From assembly GCA_964497515.1 (NCBI GenBank), contig CAZCCV010000003.1, positions 70,840 to 134,839 of the forward strand: a stretch of DNA of 64,000 nt, read 5' to 3'. The notes under the pieces were generated by a model. The model ran no database searches. It saw only the letters and a list, made by a program, of their open reading frames with translations, and was not told the DNA's origin. Position 1 is the first letter of the stretch; each line of letters opens with the position of its first letter. The stretch is from an uncultured bacterium. GTDB taxonomy: Bacteria; Armatimonadota; UBA5829; DTLH01. Positions 47,003-57,161 of this stretch are shown here, piece by piece. A program made the position numbers and the translations under genes.

Positions 47003-48325
47003 ATGATTAGGAGCGCTATCAACAAAACAACGTTGCCCAATGGGATTCGGGTGCTCACTGAGTCTGTGCCGTATGTCGATTCTGTATCCATCGGGATGTG
47101 GGTAGATGTCGGCGCACGAGACGAGAATGCTGAAACAAGGGGCGCTTCGCATTTCATAGAGCACATGCTCTTTAAGGGCACTGAGCGCCGTTCCGCACGT
47201 AAAATTGCCGATGAAATGGATCTTATCGGCGGACACCTGAACGCGTTTACTGACAAAGAGGCTACGTGGTACTATGCAAAGGTGCTCTCGGAGCACCTAC
47301 CGGTAGCGATTGACATACTCTCGGATATGTTTCTGCGTTCTCAGTTCGATCAGGTCGAGCTGGATAGGGAACGAAATGTCATACTCGAAGAGATTAAGCG
47401 CTACGAGGATACACCAGACGATCTAGTGCACGACGTATTTGCACAAGCGCTTTGGCATAAGCATCCACTGGGCAACTCAGTAATCGGCACACGGAATGCG
47501 GTAAGCAGTTTTACTCGCGAAAGCCTCCTTAAGTATATGGCTGAGTTTTACACTCCAGATAGCGTGGTCGTGTCAGCGGCGGGGAATCTGGAACACAGCT
47601 CTGTAGTAGATATGATCGTTCAGCATTTTGGCGGTATGACGGGTAAGTCCTCTCCTCGGGAACCGTACCCGCTGCAGGCGCTCGGTAAGTCCCGTGTTGT
47701 TTCAAAACCCATCGAACAGGTTCATCTGTGTTTGGGGGCCAGAGGCTACTCTCAGTACAACAAAAAGAGATACACTCTTGCGGTGCTCGATGCCATCATT
47801 GGCGGTGGAATGAGTTCCAGGCTGTTTCAAGAGGTGCGAGAGAAACGGGGGCTGGTCTATACTATTGGGTCGTATTCGGCCTTTTACCGCGAGGGTGGAT
47901 TGTTTACCGTTTATGCGGGAACAAGTGTAAAGAAGGCTGGTCTCGTTATCGATCTGATAAAGCAGGAGTTCGATAACGTCAAGGCATCGAATGTGGAACC
48001 CGAGGAGATCCTAAGAGCTAAAAACCAAATTCGAGGCGCATTAGTGCTCGGGCAGGAGAGTATGTCTAACAGGATGAGCCGAATGGCAAACTCCGAGATA
48101 TACTTTGGCAAGATTGTTCCTACAAGCAAAGTCATCGAAGCAATAATGGCTGTGACTGCTGAGGATATTGGTGAAGTCGTAAACGAGCTCTTTACAGAGG
48201 ATCGCATTCTGCTTGCTGCTGTTGGTCCGTTTGGACAGGGTGTCGACACCGCAGGTTCTGGTTCTGGCGCAGTTATTGGTATTGATGGCTGTCTGGCTCC
48301 AACTCCATCAATGGGCGAAGGATAG
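47003..48325 (+). CDS. M16-family zinc peptidase (pitrilysin-like)
   Basis: Inverted zincin motif HFIEHMLFKG...E. 440 aa. Conserved position after pnp. Confidence 0.85.
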   Translation: MIRSAINKTTLPNGIRVLTESVPYVDSVSIGMWVDVGARDENAETRGASHFIEHMLFKGTERRSARKIADEMDLIGGHLNAFTDKEATWYYAKVLSEHLPVAIDILSDMFLRSQFDQVELDRERNVILEEIKRYEDTPDDLVHDVFAQALWHKHPLGNSVIGTRNAVSSFTRESLLKYMAEFYTPDSVVVSAAGNLEHSSVVDMIVQHFGGMTGKSSPREPYPLQALGKSRVVSKPIEQVHLCLGARGYSQYNKKRYTLAVLDAIIGGGMSSRLFQEVREKRGLVYTIGSYSAFYREGGLFTVYAGTSVKKAGLVIDLIKQEFDNVKASNVEPEEILRAKNQIRGALVLGQESMSNRMSRMANSEIYFGKIVPTSKVIEAIMAVTAEDIGEVVNELFTEDRILLAAVGPFGQGVDTAGSGSGAVIGIDGCLAPTPSMGEG

Positions 48326-48396
48326 TATACTGTTCTTGACCTGCTCATTTTCATCTCTTGTAACGTGTGCACTTTTGGAGGACTGACTGAAACCCA

Positions 48397-49188
48397 ATGA
48401 CTGATACAATACGAGTAGTTATCTGTGGCGTATGTGGCAAAATGGGGCGGGCTACAGCTAAGGTGGTTTTCGATGCGCCCGATATGGAAATTGTGGGAGC
48501 TTGCGATATAGCAGGAGTCGGCAGCCGTCTTTCGGATGTAATTCACGAGGTGGACTCGGAAGTGAGGATTGGTGACAATCTGGCCGCGATCATTACCGAG
48601 ACCAAGCCAGACGCAGTTGTCGACTTCACTTCACCGGCATCGGTTATGGCGAACGCCCGGACGTGCCTTGCTAACCAGATTCCTGCTGTTGTTGGCACTA
48701 CGGGAATTACGCAGGATGATCTGTGCGAGCTAAGACAACTCAGCGAAAAGCACGATGCACCTATGCTCATTGCTCCAAACTTTGCTATTGGAGCAGTGCT
48801 GATGATGAAGTTTGCAGAACAGGCGGCAAAGTATATGCCTGAAGTCGAGATTATCGAACTCCATCACGACAAAAAGATCGATGCTCCATCTGGGACATCG
48901 ATCAAAACTGCTGAGCTGATTGCTGCGGTTAATGGGAACACGGCGCGCAATTCGAAAACAGATCAGCCGGCAGCCCGTGGCGGCGATGTTTCTGGAGTTC
49001 GGATCCACAGTGTGAGACTGCCAGGCTTTGTAGCGCATCAGGAAGTCATATTTGGCGGACTGGGACAGACACTCACAATTCGCCACGACAGTATCGACCG
49101 AACAAGTTTTATGCCTGGAGTGCTGCTTGGCATCCGCAAAGTGCGCGAGCTTAAGGGTATAGTATACGGGTTGGACAATCTGCTCTAA
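48397..49188 (+). CDS. dapB: 4-hydroxy-tetrahydrodipicolinate reductase
   Basis: N-terminal Rossmann VVICGVCGKMGR. DapB family, 263 aa. Confidence 0.9.
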   Translation: MTDTIRVVICGVCGKMGRATAKVVFDAPDMEIVGACDIAGVGSRLSDVIHEVDSEVRIGDNLAAIITETKPDAVVDFTSPASVMANARTCLANQIPAVVGTTGITQDDLCELRQLSEKHDAPMLIAPNFAIGAVLMMKFAEQAAKYMPEVEIIELHHDKKIDAPSGTSIKTAELIAAVNGNTARNSKTDQPAARGGDVSGVRIHSVRLPGFVAHQEVIFGGLGQTLTIRHDSIDRTSFMPGVLLGIRKVRELKGIVYGLDNLL

Positions 49189-49243
49189 GGCGAGAACTGG
49201 AATACTTGCAAAAGAGCGACAGTAAGAGGTAAGGAACGAGATA

Positions 49244-50272
49244 GTGACAGGTTATTGTGTAGCTGTAGTTGGTGCAGGTGCTGTTGGCGAAGAGATGCTT
49301 AGAGTTCTCCGTGAGACGGAGTTTCCTATAGCAGAACTGAGAGTAATGGCGAGATCTGCGCGAAAACAGATCATAGATGGGCGCGAAATTGACGTCATTC
49401 CCACGACGGCCGAAGCGTTCGATGGAGTGGATTTTGCCTTTTTTGCCGGAACTGAGGGCGAGAAGGGTGCTTCTCAGCTCTTCGGATGGGAAGCTGTCTC
49501 CCGCGGCGCAGTGGTTATAGATAATGGTGACGACTTCAGAATGGATTCGCGCGTGCCGGTGGTTGTTCCCGAAGTCAATCCCGAAGCTTTGGATTCGCAT
49601 CAGAGAATTATCGCCAATCCGAATTGCAGTACAATTCAGATGGTGGTTGCCCTCGCACCGCTTCACAAAAAGGCCACTATGAAGCGCGTAGTGGTCTCCA
49701 CATATCAGTCGGTTTCGGGCTCTGGTAACGCAGCTATTCGCGAACTCGAAACACAGATAAAGGCTGACGCTGACGGCGAGGCTATCGTTGCGAAGGAGTA
49801 TCCTCATCAGATCCATCGAAATGTAATCCCGCATATATCGCGTCTGAAAGACGAGTTCCCGGGATACTACGCCGAAGAGATCAAAATGATCGAGGAGACT
49901 CGAAAGATATTTGCGTGCCCGGAGCTTGCCGTGTCTGCCACTTGTGTTCGAGTGCCGGTTATTAGAGGCCACTCAGAAGCTGTGAATGTCCAGTTCGCAA
50001 ATCCAATCACAGCAGATGAGGCGCGGCAGCTACTAGCAAACGCCCCTGGCATAGAGGTCATCGACGATCCAGCGAACGCCGAGTATCCGATGCCGCTCTT
50101 TGCCGAAGGAAAAGACTCGGTCTACGTGGGACGGATCAGACAGGACTCTTGCAACCTGAACACAATAGATATGTGGGTTGTGGCCGACAATATCCGAAAG
50201 GGTGCGGCTCTTAACGCAGTTCAGATAGCGAAGTGTATGATCGAGCGGGGTTTGGTCGCTAAGAAAGCGTAG
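49244..50272 (+). CDS. asd: aspartate-semialdehyde dehydrogenase
   Basis: VAVVGAGAVGEEM Rossmann. Catalytic Cys in ANPNCSTIQM. Confidence 0.9.
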   Translation: MTGYCVAVVGAGAVGEEMLRVLRETEFPIAELRVMARSARKQIIDGREIDVIPTTAEAFDGVDFAFFAGTEGEKGASQLFGWEAVSRGAVVIDNGDDFRMDSRVPVVVPEVNPEALDSHQRIIANPNCSTIQMVVALAPLHKKATMKRVVVSTYQSVSGSGNAAIRELETQIKADADGEAIVAKEYPHQIHRNVIPHISRLKDEFPGYYAEEIKMIEETRKIFACPELAVSATCVRVPVIRGHSEAVNVQFANPITADEARQLLANAPGIEVIDDPANAEYPMPLFAEGKDSVYVGRIRQDSCNLNTIDMWVVADNIRKGAALNAVQIAKCMIERGLVAKKA

Positions 50273-50300
50273 AGTAGGACAGGACGGAGTTTCTATCGGG

Positions 50301-51992
50301 GTGACTCGATATCGAGATATGGCAACTCAGATAAAAAAATTACAGATAATCCCTCTCGGCGGAGTTGGCGAGATCGGCAAGAATATGACGGTCTACCGCT
50401 ACGGCAGTAGAATTCTGGTTGTCGATGCCGGATTGATGTTCCCAGACGAAGAGATGCTCGGCGTCGATATCGTGATTCCGGATATTTCGTATCTCGTAGC
50501 AAACAAGAAGAAGATTGCTGGTATTGTTCTGACGCACGGTCACGAAGATCACATTGGCGCACTGCCGTATGTTCTCAGACAGATCAATGTGCCAGTGTAC
50601 GGAACCAAGCTCACGCTAGGTCTTGTGAGAGCCAAGCTAGAAGAGCACGGGCTTATCGACTCCACCGAGATGCACGAGATAGAACCCGGCGATGTGCTTA
50701 AGTTCGGCAGAACCTTCGCTATAGAGTTTGCAAAAGTGAGCCACAGTATCCCCGATGCTGTGGCTCTTGCCATCAAAACGCCAGCGGGGACAGTTGTCCA
50801 CACGGGCGACTACAAGTTCGACTATTCACCGGTTGAAGGTGCTGCAATAGATGTGGCCAGGTTTGCTAGACTCGGCGATGAGGGAGTGCTGGCCCTGCTA
50901 ACCGACTGCACCAACGCAGAAAAGAAAGGCTACACACCGAGCGAACGCGAGGTCGGCGAGGCTTTCGAAGAAGTATTTGCTCAAGCCGAGGGGCGCATCA
51001 TCATCGCTACTTTTGCATCTAACATCCACCGCATTCAGCAGGTGTACGATGTCGCGCACCGACACGGGCGACGGGTTGCTGTTATCGGACGAAGCATGGC
51101 GCGAAACAGTGAGATTGCAGAGCAGCTCGGATACCTTCGCATTCCCGAATCGGCGAAACTCTCTATGTCGGAGCTGCTTTCTGTACCTCCATCAGATACC
51201 GTCATTATGACTACAGGCACGCAAGGGGAGCCGCTATCCGCACTCAGTCGAATGGCTGTTGATGTGCACAAGAAGATTAAAATCACTACAGGCGACACCG
51301 TTATCATCTCCGCTACGCCTATTCCCGGCAATGAAGATCTGGTTATGCGCACCATCAATAACCTTTTCAAGCTGGGAGCAAAGGTTGTCTACGATGAAAT
51401 CTCTCCTGTACACGTATCGGGGCACGGCAATCAGGAAGACTTGAAGCTGATGCTCAGTCTGGTGAGACCCAGTTATGTGCTTCCCGTTCACGGTGAGTAT
51501 CGCCACGTAGCCAGTTATCGTCAGCTCGCTGCGTGTCTTGGCTATGGCCCTGAAAACGTAATCCAGTTGGAAGTCGGCGATATACTGGAACTCAGCAGTG
51601 AGGGTGGATGTATCATCGGTTCTGTGGAACGTTCTGGGGGGATTATGGTCGATGGCTCTGGAGTTGGTGACGTAAGTGACGTCGTTTTGCGCGACCGCTG
51701 GCATCTGGCGCAAGATGGGGTTATAATTGTTGTGGTTACGTTCGACCGGACGGACGGAGCGGTGTTGACTGGCCCAGATATCGTCTCGCGCGGGTTTGTG
51801 GTGCCGGAGCACGAAGAAGAGATAATCGAAGACGCTAAGGAAGTAGCTCGCGCAAAGATAGAAGAGGTGTCTGCCGACGGTGTGCTCGAATGGGGTGCCA
51901 TGAAAACAGGAGTCAGAAGCGCTCTTGGTAGGTTCTTATCAGACCGCACCGGACGCCGCCCAATGATTATTCCGGTAATTATCGAAGCGTAA
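50301..51992 (+). CDS. rnj: ribonuclease J (metallo-beta-lactamase / beta-CASP)
   Basis: HGHEDHIG motif, beta-CASP and C-terminal domain. GTG at 50301 or ATG at 50319. Confidence 0.9.
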   Translation: MTRYRDMATQIKKLQIIPLGGVGEIGKNMTVYRYGSRILVVDAGLMFPDEEMLGVDIVIPDISYLVANKKKIAGIVLTHGHEDHIGALPYVLRQINVPVYGTKLTLGLVRAKLEEHGLIDSTEMHEIEPGDVLKFGRTFAIEFAKVSHSIPDAVALAIKTPAGTVVHTGDYKFDYSPVEGAAIDVARFARLGDEGVLALLTDCTNAEKKGYTPSEREVGEAFEEVFAQAEGRIIIATFASNIHRIQQVYDVAHRHGRRVAVIGRSMARNSEIAEQLGYLRIPESAKLSMSELLSVPPSDTVIMTTGTQGEPLSALSRMAVDVHKKIKITTGDTVIISATPIPGNEDLVMRTINNLFKLGAKVVYDEISPVHVSGHGNQEDLKLMLSLVRPSYVLPVHGEYRHVASYRQLAACLGYGPENVIQLEVGDILELSSEGGCIIGSVERSGGIMVDGSGVGDVSDVVLRDRWHLAQDGVIIVVVTFDRTDGAVLTGPDIVSRGFVVPEHEEEIIEDAKEVARAKIEEVSADGVLEWGAMKTGVRSALGRFLSDRTGRRPMIIPVIIEA

Positions 51993-52005
51993 TCTGCTGT
52001 CCACT

Positions 52006-53355
52006 ATGGTCCAAACTACACCAGTCTTCCCAGAAGACGGGATGACCATAACTGAAGACACTGTGTTTGCCCCGGGCCTTTACGTGTTTCGAAAAGGGCT
52101 GACGGTTGCTGCCGACGGTATTACTATCGACGGAGCAGGTGCTACCTTTGTGGGGTCGACAGATTGGCCCTGTGGACTTCGCATTGAAGGCAGAAAAAAC
52201 GTTACCATAAAGAACCTCTGCACCTTAGGCTACTACCACGGAATCGTGATTAAAGACTCCAGTGATATTTCGATAGTAGGAAGCCATATGAAAGCCGCCT
52301 CGGAATTGGATCCGTATTCGCACGGTCTCTCGGTGCTAGCTTATCCCGATGGTGTTCACGGCGCTGGAATATTCATCGAGAATACCGATGGAGCTGTGAT
52401 TTCCGACAACGATGTGAGTCATCAACAGAATGGAATACTGGCCTATGGATGCAAAAACCTGTTGATAGAACGCAATAATACCTCTATGTGCACCGGCCAG
52501 GGAGTTTATTTGTACGCTTCCTGCGGATGCACGATTCAGGACAATATGATGGACTTCTGTGCCAGAATCTATCACCTGCGCGATGGGCGTATAGATATTG
52601 GTGCTGGCACGGCGTCGGTGATGATGATTAATGGCTCCTCCCGCAATATCATTCGCCGCAACTATATGCGCGGCTCAGGCGATGGTGTTCTCGCTTGCGG
52701 CTATCCCGATATGGACTATATAGCGCCGTGTGTAGATAACGTAATCGAAGAGAACGACGCTTCTTACTGCCTCAATGTGTCATATGAAGCGACATTCTGC
52801 TCTAGAAACCTGTTCAGGGAGAACAAAGCCAACGCTTCCAACTATGGATTCTGGCTGGGTTACTCTTCAGATATGGAGCTGATCGATAACGAGGTCAACG
52901 AGAACCGTATTGCAGGTATCGCTATCGAACACGGGCACGATAATCGGATAATCGGCAACATAATCAAGCGCAATCGCAGTGGGATACTTCTCTGGACAGA
53001 CTACTATGAAGATTTGGTTCGCGTGTTTCCAGATTGCGAGGGCTCACACAGCTACACAATAGCCCGCAATATTATTGAGTCCAACCGAGATGGAATACGG
53101 TCGTACACGGAGCAACGTGTTAGAGATTTGCTCTGTTACGGCTACAATATTAGCGACAACACCATTAGAGACAATCACACCGGTATTCGGCTGCAACGAG
53201 TGCGGGATTGCAGAATTGATAACAACAGGCTGGTGAGCAACTACGGGTCAGGGATTTGGCTCATCAACTGTCAAGGTATTCGATCGGAGGAGAATCTGTT
53301 CGACTCGAATCGTGTCGATGTTATCGGCAAACTGGATGGAAAGACGAATGAATAA
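52006..53355 (+). CDS. cytoplasmic right-handed parallel beta-helix repeat protein (NosD/pectate-lyase-like fold), Cys-rich
   Basis: Repeated ...N.I..N...G. beta-helix (PbH1) rungs throughout. No signal peptide. 449 aa. Confidence 0.6.
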   Translation: MVQTTPVFPEDGMTITEDTVFAPGLYVFRKGLTVAADGITIDGAGATFVGSTDWPCGLRIEGRKNVTIKNLCTLGYYHGIVIKDSSDISIVGSHMKAASELDPYSHGLSVLAYPDGVHGAGIFIENTDGAVISDNDVSHQQNGILAYGCKNLLIERNNTSMCTGQGVYLYASCGCTIQDNMMDFCARIYHLRDGRIDIGAGTASVMMINGSSRNIIRRNYMRGSGDGVLACGYPDMDYIAPCVDNVIEENDASYCLNVSYEATFCSRNLFRENKANASNYGFWLGYSSDMELIDNEVNENRIAGIAIEHGHDNRIIGNIIKRNRSGILLWTDYYEDLVRVFPDCEGSHSYTIARNIIESNRDGIRSYTEQRVRDLLCYGYNISDNTIRDNHTGIRLQRVRDCRIDNNRLVSNYGSGIWLINCQGIRSEENLFDSNRVDVIGKLDGKTNE

Positions 53356-54559
53356 CAAGCTGACCTCAAATATTGTGTCGGAGAGCTTCGATGAAGCGGT
53401 AAGACTACTGTCAATCGGCATGGAACCTAAGGATGTGCTGGCGAAGCTGAGTGAAATCGGCAGCCGTGTGCTTGGAGGGCTCTGTGCGATTTTTCTAATC
53501 GACGCGGGCAGGAGAAATCTGAAACTCGCCGCCGCTTATCACGAAGACCCGGAAGTGGTGGCAAAGTGCACACGTATCGCCGATTCTTCCCACTGCCGCA
53601 CCGGAGTTGGTGCTGGCGGAAGGGCTGTAGAGACTGGCCACACGTTCGTTTGGAACCAATCAGAAGGTGTACTTGATCCAGCGGATCAGGGTTACTCTAC
53701 AGCAATCAGCGCCAAATCTATGCTTGCTGCTCCTGTTTTTTGTGGTTCGAGAGTTATTGGTGCTTTCACCAGTTGGACGACCTCGGATGTGTGCCCGAGT
53801 GAAGAAGAACAAAGCCTTGCCGAACACCTTGCACTGGTAGTCGGCGCTGCCGTGCAGAATATCAGGCTGTGGGACGAACTGAGCCGCCGCGATGAATGGC
53901 GAAGCAGCCTGGTAAACAAGCTGATGGCTGCGCAGGAAGAGGAACGCAACAAACTCGCTATCCAGCTTCACGATGATGCCAGCCAGTTGTTATCTACTGT
54001 ACTATTAGAACTCACCAGGCTGGAGCAAGCATCAGTTGACGACATCACAGAGCGTGCTACGGCGTTGCGCGTTGAAACCGAAAAAGCGCTTGGCAGGGTG
54101 CACGATATGGCTGTTGAATTGAGACCGCCCGCAATAGACGATCTTGGGATTGCTGGTGCACTGAGACGCTATGTAAACGAATTGCGAGCAAACTCCGATG
54201 TAGAGATCGATTTTGTGGCCACTCAGTTTGGTCCCGCGGATCTTGAGCTCGATTCGCAGGTTTCTGTATACAGAATAGCTCAGGAAGCACTGTTGAACGT
54301 GATTCGTCACTCCGGAGCACAGTATGCGGGTATCACTCTGGAGAGGCGAAAAGGCTGGTTAGTTATGACTATCGAGGATGATGGTCACGGATTCGACCGT
54401 AAAAAATATACATCGGGTTCGCCTAAACGCAGCCTGGGGCTTTTTGGAATGCGCGAGAGGGCGTCGCTCTTGAATGGCAGTGTCGATATAGACTCGAGCC
54501 CCGGCACTGGAACCACTGTTACTGTACGAATTCCGCTGAATGAGAGGAGTCGTGGTTGA
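53348..54559 (+). CDS. cytoplasmic sensor histidine kinase: GAF + HisKA_3 + HATPase_c (NarL-partner type)
   Basis: GAF domain. H-box LAIQLHDDASQ. ATPase G-boxes. Start ATG 53348 overlaps the stop of the beta-helix gene. Confidence 0.8.
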   Translation: MNNKLTSNIVSESFDEAVRLLSIGMEPKDVLAKLSEIGSRVLGGLCAIFLIDAGRRNLKLAAAYHEDPEVVAKCTRIADSSHCRTGVGAGGRAVETGHTFVWNQSEGVLDPADQGYSTAISAKSMLAAPVFCGSRVIGAFTSWTTSDVCPSEEEQSLAEHLALVVGAAVQNIRLWDELSRRDEWRSSLVNKLMAAQEEERNKLAIQLHDDASQLLSTVLLELTRLEQASVDDITERATALRVETEKALGRVHDMAVELRPPAIDDLGIAGALRRYVNELRANSDVEIDFVATQFGPADLELDSQVSVYRIAQEALLNVIRHSGAQYAGITLERRKGWLVMTIEDDGHGFDRKKYTSGSPKRSLGLFGMRERASLLNGSVDIDSSPGTGTTVTVRIPLNERSRG

Positions 54560-55227
54560 TACAGAAAATCCGGATAATGCTGGCCGATGATCACCCGCTG
54601 TTTCGAGAAGGCGTCAGAAAAGCCCTGGAAGAACAGCCAGATATGGAAGTGGTTGGAGAGGCGTCGGATGGCAAAGAAGCTGTTACCGAGGCGCTTCGGT
54701 TGCGGCCAGATGTGATGCTGCTGGACATCGCTATGCCGGAGCTTCGCGGGATTGAAGTGGCTCGCAAACTCGCTCGCGAAATACCTGATATCAAACTTAT
54801 TGCTCTCACTGTTTACGATGATGCTGAGTGTGCCCGCAGGTTCATTCAGGCTGGCGGGTTTGGCTTTGTCGTGAAACGAGCCGCAGGGTCGGAGATCGCA
54901 ACGGCTGTCAGGCGCGTGTTTGGCGGACATCTGCACGTTTTTGCCGACCAAGCATCCCACCTGTGGCAGGATATTCTAGGTGAGAAAGTTATCCCCCCTC
55001 AGCGGCAGGGGAAGCTCTCCAAAAGAGAAACTCAGATAGTCGCACTCATAGCGCAGGGTTATACCAATCAGCGTATCGCCGATGTGCTCTGTATCAGCCA
55101 TCGCACTGTAGAAACACACAGAACACGTATTACCTCCAAACTCGGGCTTAAGAACCGCGCCCAGCTAGTGCGTTACGCAATAGAAAACGATCTGATACCA
55201 AACGCCGAAGACGAGTTCATTCTCTGA
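54556..55227 (+). CDS. NarL/FixJ-family response regulator (REC + LuxR HTH)
   Basis: MLADDHPLFREG...D receiver. C-terminal LuxR HTH (RETQIVALIAQGYTNQRIADVLCISHRTVETH). TTG start behind GAGAGGAG. 4-nt overlap with the HK gene. Confidence 0.85.
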   Translation: MIQKIRIMLADDHPLFREGVRKALEEQPDMEVVGEASDGKEAVTEALRLRPDVMLLDIAMPELRGIEVARKLAREIPDIKLIALTVYDDAECARRFIQAGGFGFVVKRAAGSEIATAVRRVFGGHLHVFADQASHLWQDILGEKVIPPQRQGKLSKRETQIVALIAQGYTNQRIADVLCISHRTVETHRTRITSKLGLKNRAQLVRYAIENDLIPNAEDEFIL

Positions 55228-55295
55228 TTCCGATAACACACATATTTCGCATATATCGAGCTTATTGACCTCACCTACTGGGTATACTTGCTGAT

Positions 55296-57101
55296 GTGAG
55301 AACAAAGTCAATAGAGCTTGGTCGAATGGAAATGAGTTTTGCTGATCAGCACAATGGAATTATTGATGATCAGAGAGAGTTAGCGCTTCTTCGAAAGTAT
55401 CTGGATATTGCCGGCACCATGCTCGTCGCCCTCGATAGAGATGGCCGGATTACAATGATCAACCGCAAAGCTCGCGAAGTCCTTGGCTGCACCGATCAAC
55501 AGGTGCTGGGAAAGAACTGGTTCTCCACATTTGTGCCCGAATCCTATAGAGTCGATGTCGAAAGTTCGTTTGGCAAGCTCATGCAGGGTAACCCCGCATT
55601 TGGCACAATACAGGCAGAAAACCCAATTGTTACAGCCTCCGGTGAAGAGAGGCTGATTGTCTGGGAGAATACCATCCTTTTCGATGACGATGGCGCTGTC
55701 GTCGGCTCCTTAAGTTCAGGAGAAGATATAACCGAGAAAAGGCGCGCAGAACAGGCTCTTATCGAGAGTGAAGAGCGCTTCAGAACTCTTGCTGATAACA
55801 TCTCGCAGATGGCGTGGATGGCGGATGATACAGGGCAGCGGTTCTGGTTCAACAAACGCTGGCTCGAGTATACAGGTGCCATCGCGGATGAAATGAAGGG
55901 TTGGGGCTGGCTCAAGGTTCAGCACCCGGATTATGCCAAGAAGGTTGTCGAGCGCGTAAGATACTGCTTCGGGCGCGGTGAGTATTGGGCGGACACCATT
56001 CCTCTGCGAGGAAAAGACGGCAAATACCGATGGTTTCTTACGCAGGCATATCCGATTGAAGACGAGCGCGGCAAGACCGTTCGATGGTTTGGCACCAATA
56101 CGGACATCACCGAACAATTGGAAACCCAGGAGCAACTCCGCCGACGCGCAGAAGAACTGCAGAAGCTTATGGACGTTGTGCCAGTAGCTATCTTGGTGGG
56201 GCACGATCCGGAGTGCAACAACATTACCGGCAATCGCGCTGCAAATGAGTTTTATGAGGCTGCAGATCAGGAAAACATCTCGATATCGGCATCTAATCGT
56301 CGCCGGTTCTTCCGCAATGGCACTGAGCTTGCACACAACGAACTTCCATTGAAATATGCGGCAGCAAATAATGTCGATGTCAAAGGAGCAGAATTTGATA
56401 TCCTGACACCTAGCGGCCACCGAACGACGCTTTGGGGCTACGCGTCGCCACTTCGAGACCCCAATGGTGAAGTTCGCGGTGCTGTTGGAGCATTTGTAGA
56501 CACTACAGAGCGCAAAAGGGCATTGGAACGCGAACGGATGCTGGAGAAGAAACAGACCGCGTTCTATCGACGAACTATTGCCGCAGCTACTATGGACAGG
56601 CTGGTAATTCTCGAACGTGACGAAGTGCGTTCTCTTGCTGGCGAAGCAAAGAAGTCGTGGCTCTTTACTGACCCTATTGATGTCGCCCGCGTCCGCAAGG
56701 ATATCGTAAAATATGCAGAATCGATAGGGCTACCTACTCAGCTTCTCAATAGGGTGGCTACTTCTGTGGGGGAGATACTTTCTAATGCGGTGAAGTATGC
56801 CAACGGCGGAGAGGCTTCAGTCCACGAAAACGACGGCAAACTTGTGGTTGTCGTTTCTGATTCTGGCCCTGGTATAGAGAATCTGAACCTGCCCGATGTC
56901 GCACTTGTTATGGGTTACTCGACGGCAGGCACTGGAGGAATGGGCTACAAGATGGCCATTCAGTCTGCTGACAAAGTGTATTTAGCAACTGGAGAGGCAG
57001 GCACTCTGGTAGCGATGGAGTTTTTGCAAGAGCAGGATAATGACTCTTTGATGGGAACTGCAAAAAGGCTCTGTGGAGGTTTGGATCAGTCTACCCGTTA
57101 G
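55296..57101 (+). CDS. triple-PAS sensor fused to an RsbW/SpoIIAB-like GHKL serine-kinase domain (no HisKA)
   Basis: Three PAS/PAC repeats. C-terminal LNRVATSVGEILSNAVKYANGGEA...VVVSDSGPGI resembles anti-sigma-factor-type kinases. No H-box region between PAS3 and the ATPase. Confidence 0.6.
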   Translation: MRTKSIELGRMEMSFADQHNGIIDDQRELALLRKYLDIAGTMLVALDRDGRITMINRKAREVLGCTDQQVLGKNWFSTFVPESYRVDVESSFGKLMQGNPAFGTIQAENPIVTASGEERLIVWENTILFDDDGAVVGSLSSGEDITEKRRAEQALIESEERFRTLADNISQMAWMADDTGQRFWFNKRWLEYTGAIADEMKGWGWLKVQHPDYAKKVVERVRYCFGRGEYWADTIPLRGKDGKYRWFLTQAYPIEDERGKTVRWFGTNTDITEQLETQEQLRRRAEELQKLMDVVPVAILVGHDPECNNITGNRAANEFYEAADQENISISASNRRRFFRNGTELAHNELPLKYAAANNVDVKGAEFDILTPSGHRTTLWGYASPLRDPNGEVRGAVGAFVDTTERKRALERERMLEKKQTAFYRRTIAAATMDRLVILERDEVRSLAGEAKKSWLFTDPIDVARVRKDIVKYAESIGLPTQLLNRVATSVGEILSNAVKYANGGEASVHENDGKLVVVVSDSGPGIENLNLPDVALVMGYSTAGTGGMGYKMAIQSADKVYLATGEAGTLVAMEFLQEQDNDSLMGTAKRLCGGLDQSTR

Positions 57102-57139
57102 CTCTTAGCGACGGTTGATGATATATTTGAAACCGGACA

Positions 57140-57161
57140 AACCTGTCACTTTGCAGGTTTT
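57140..57161. terminator. bidirectional hairpin AAACCTG/CAGGTTT between the convergent PAS-kinase and MarR genes
   Basis: Read directly. Overlaps the MarR stop codon. Confidence 0.35.
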
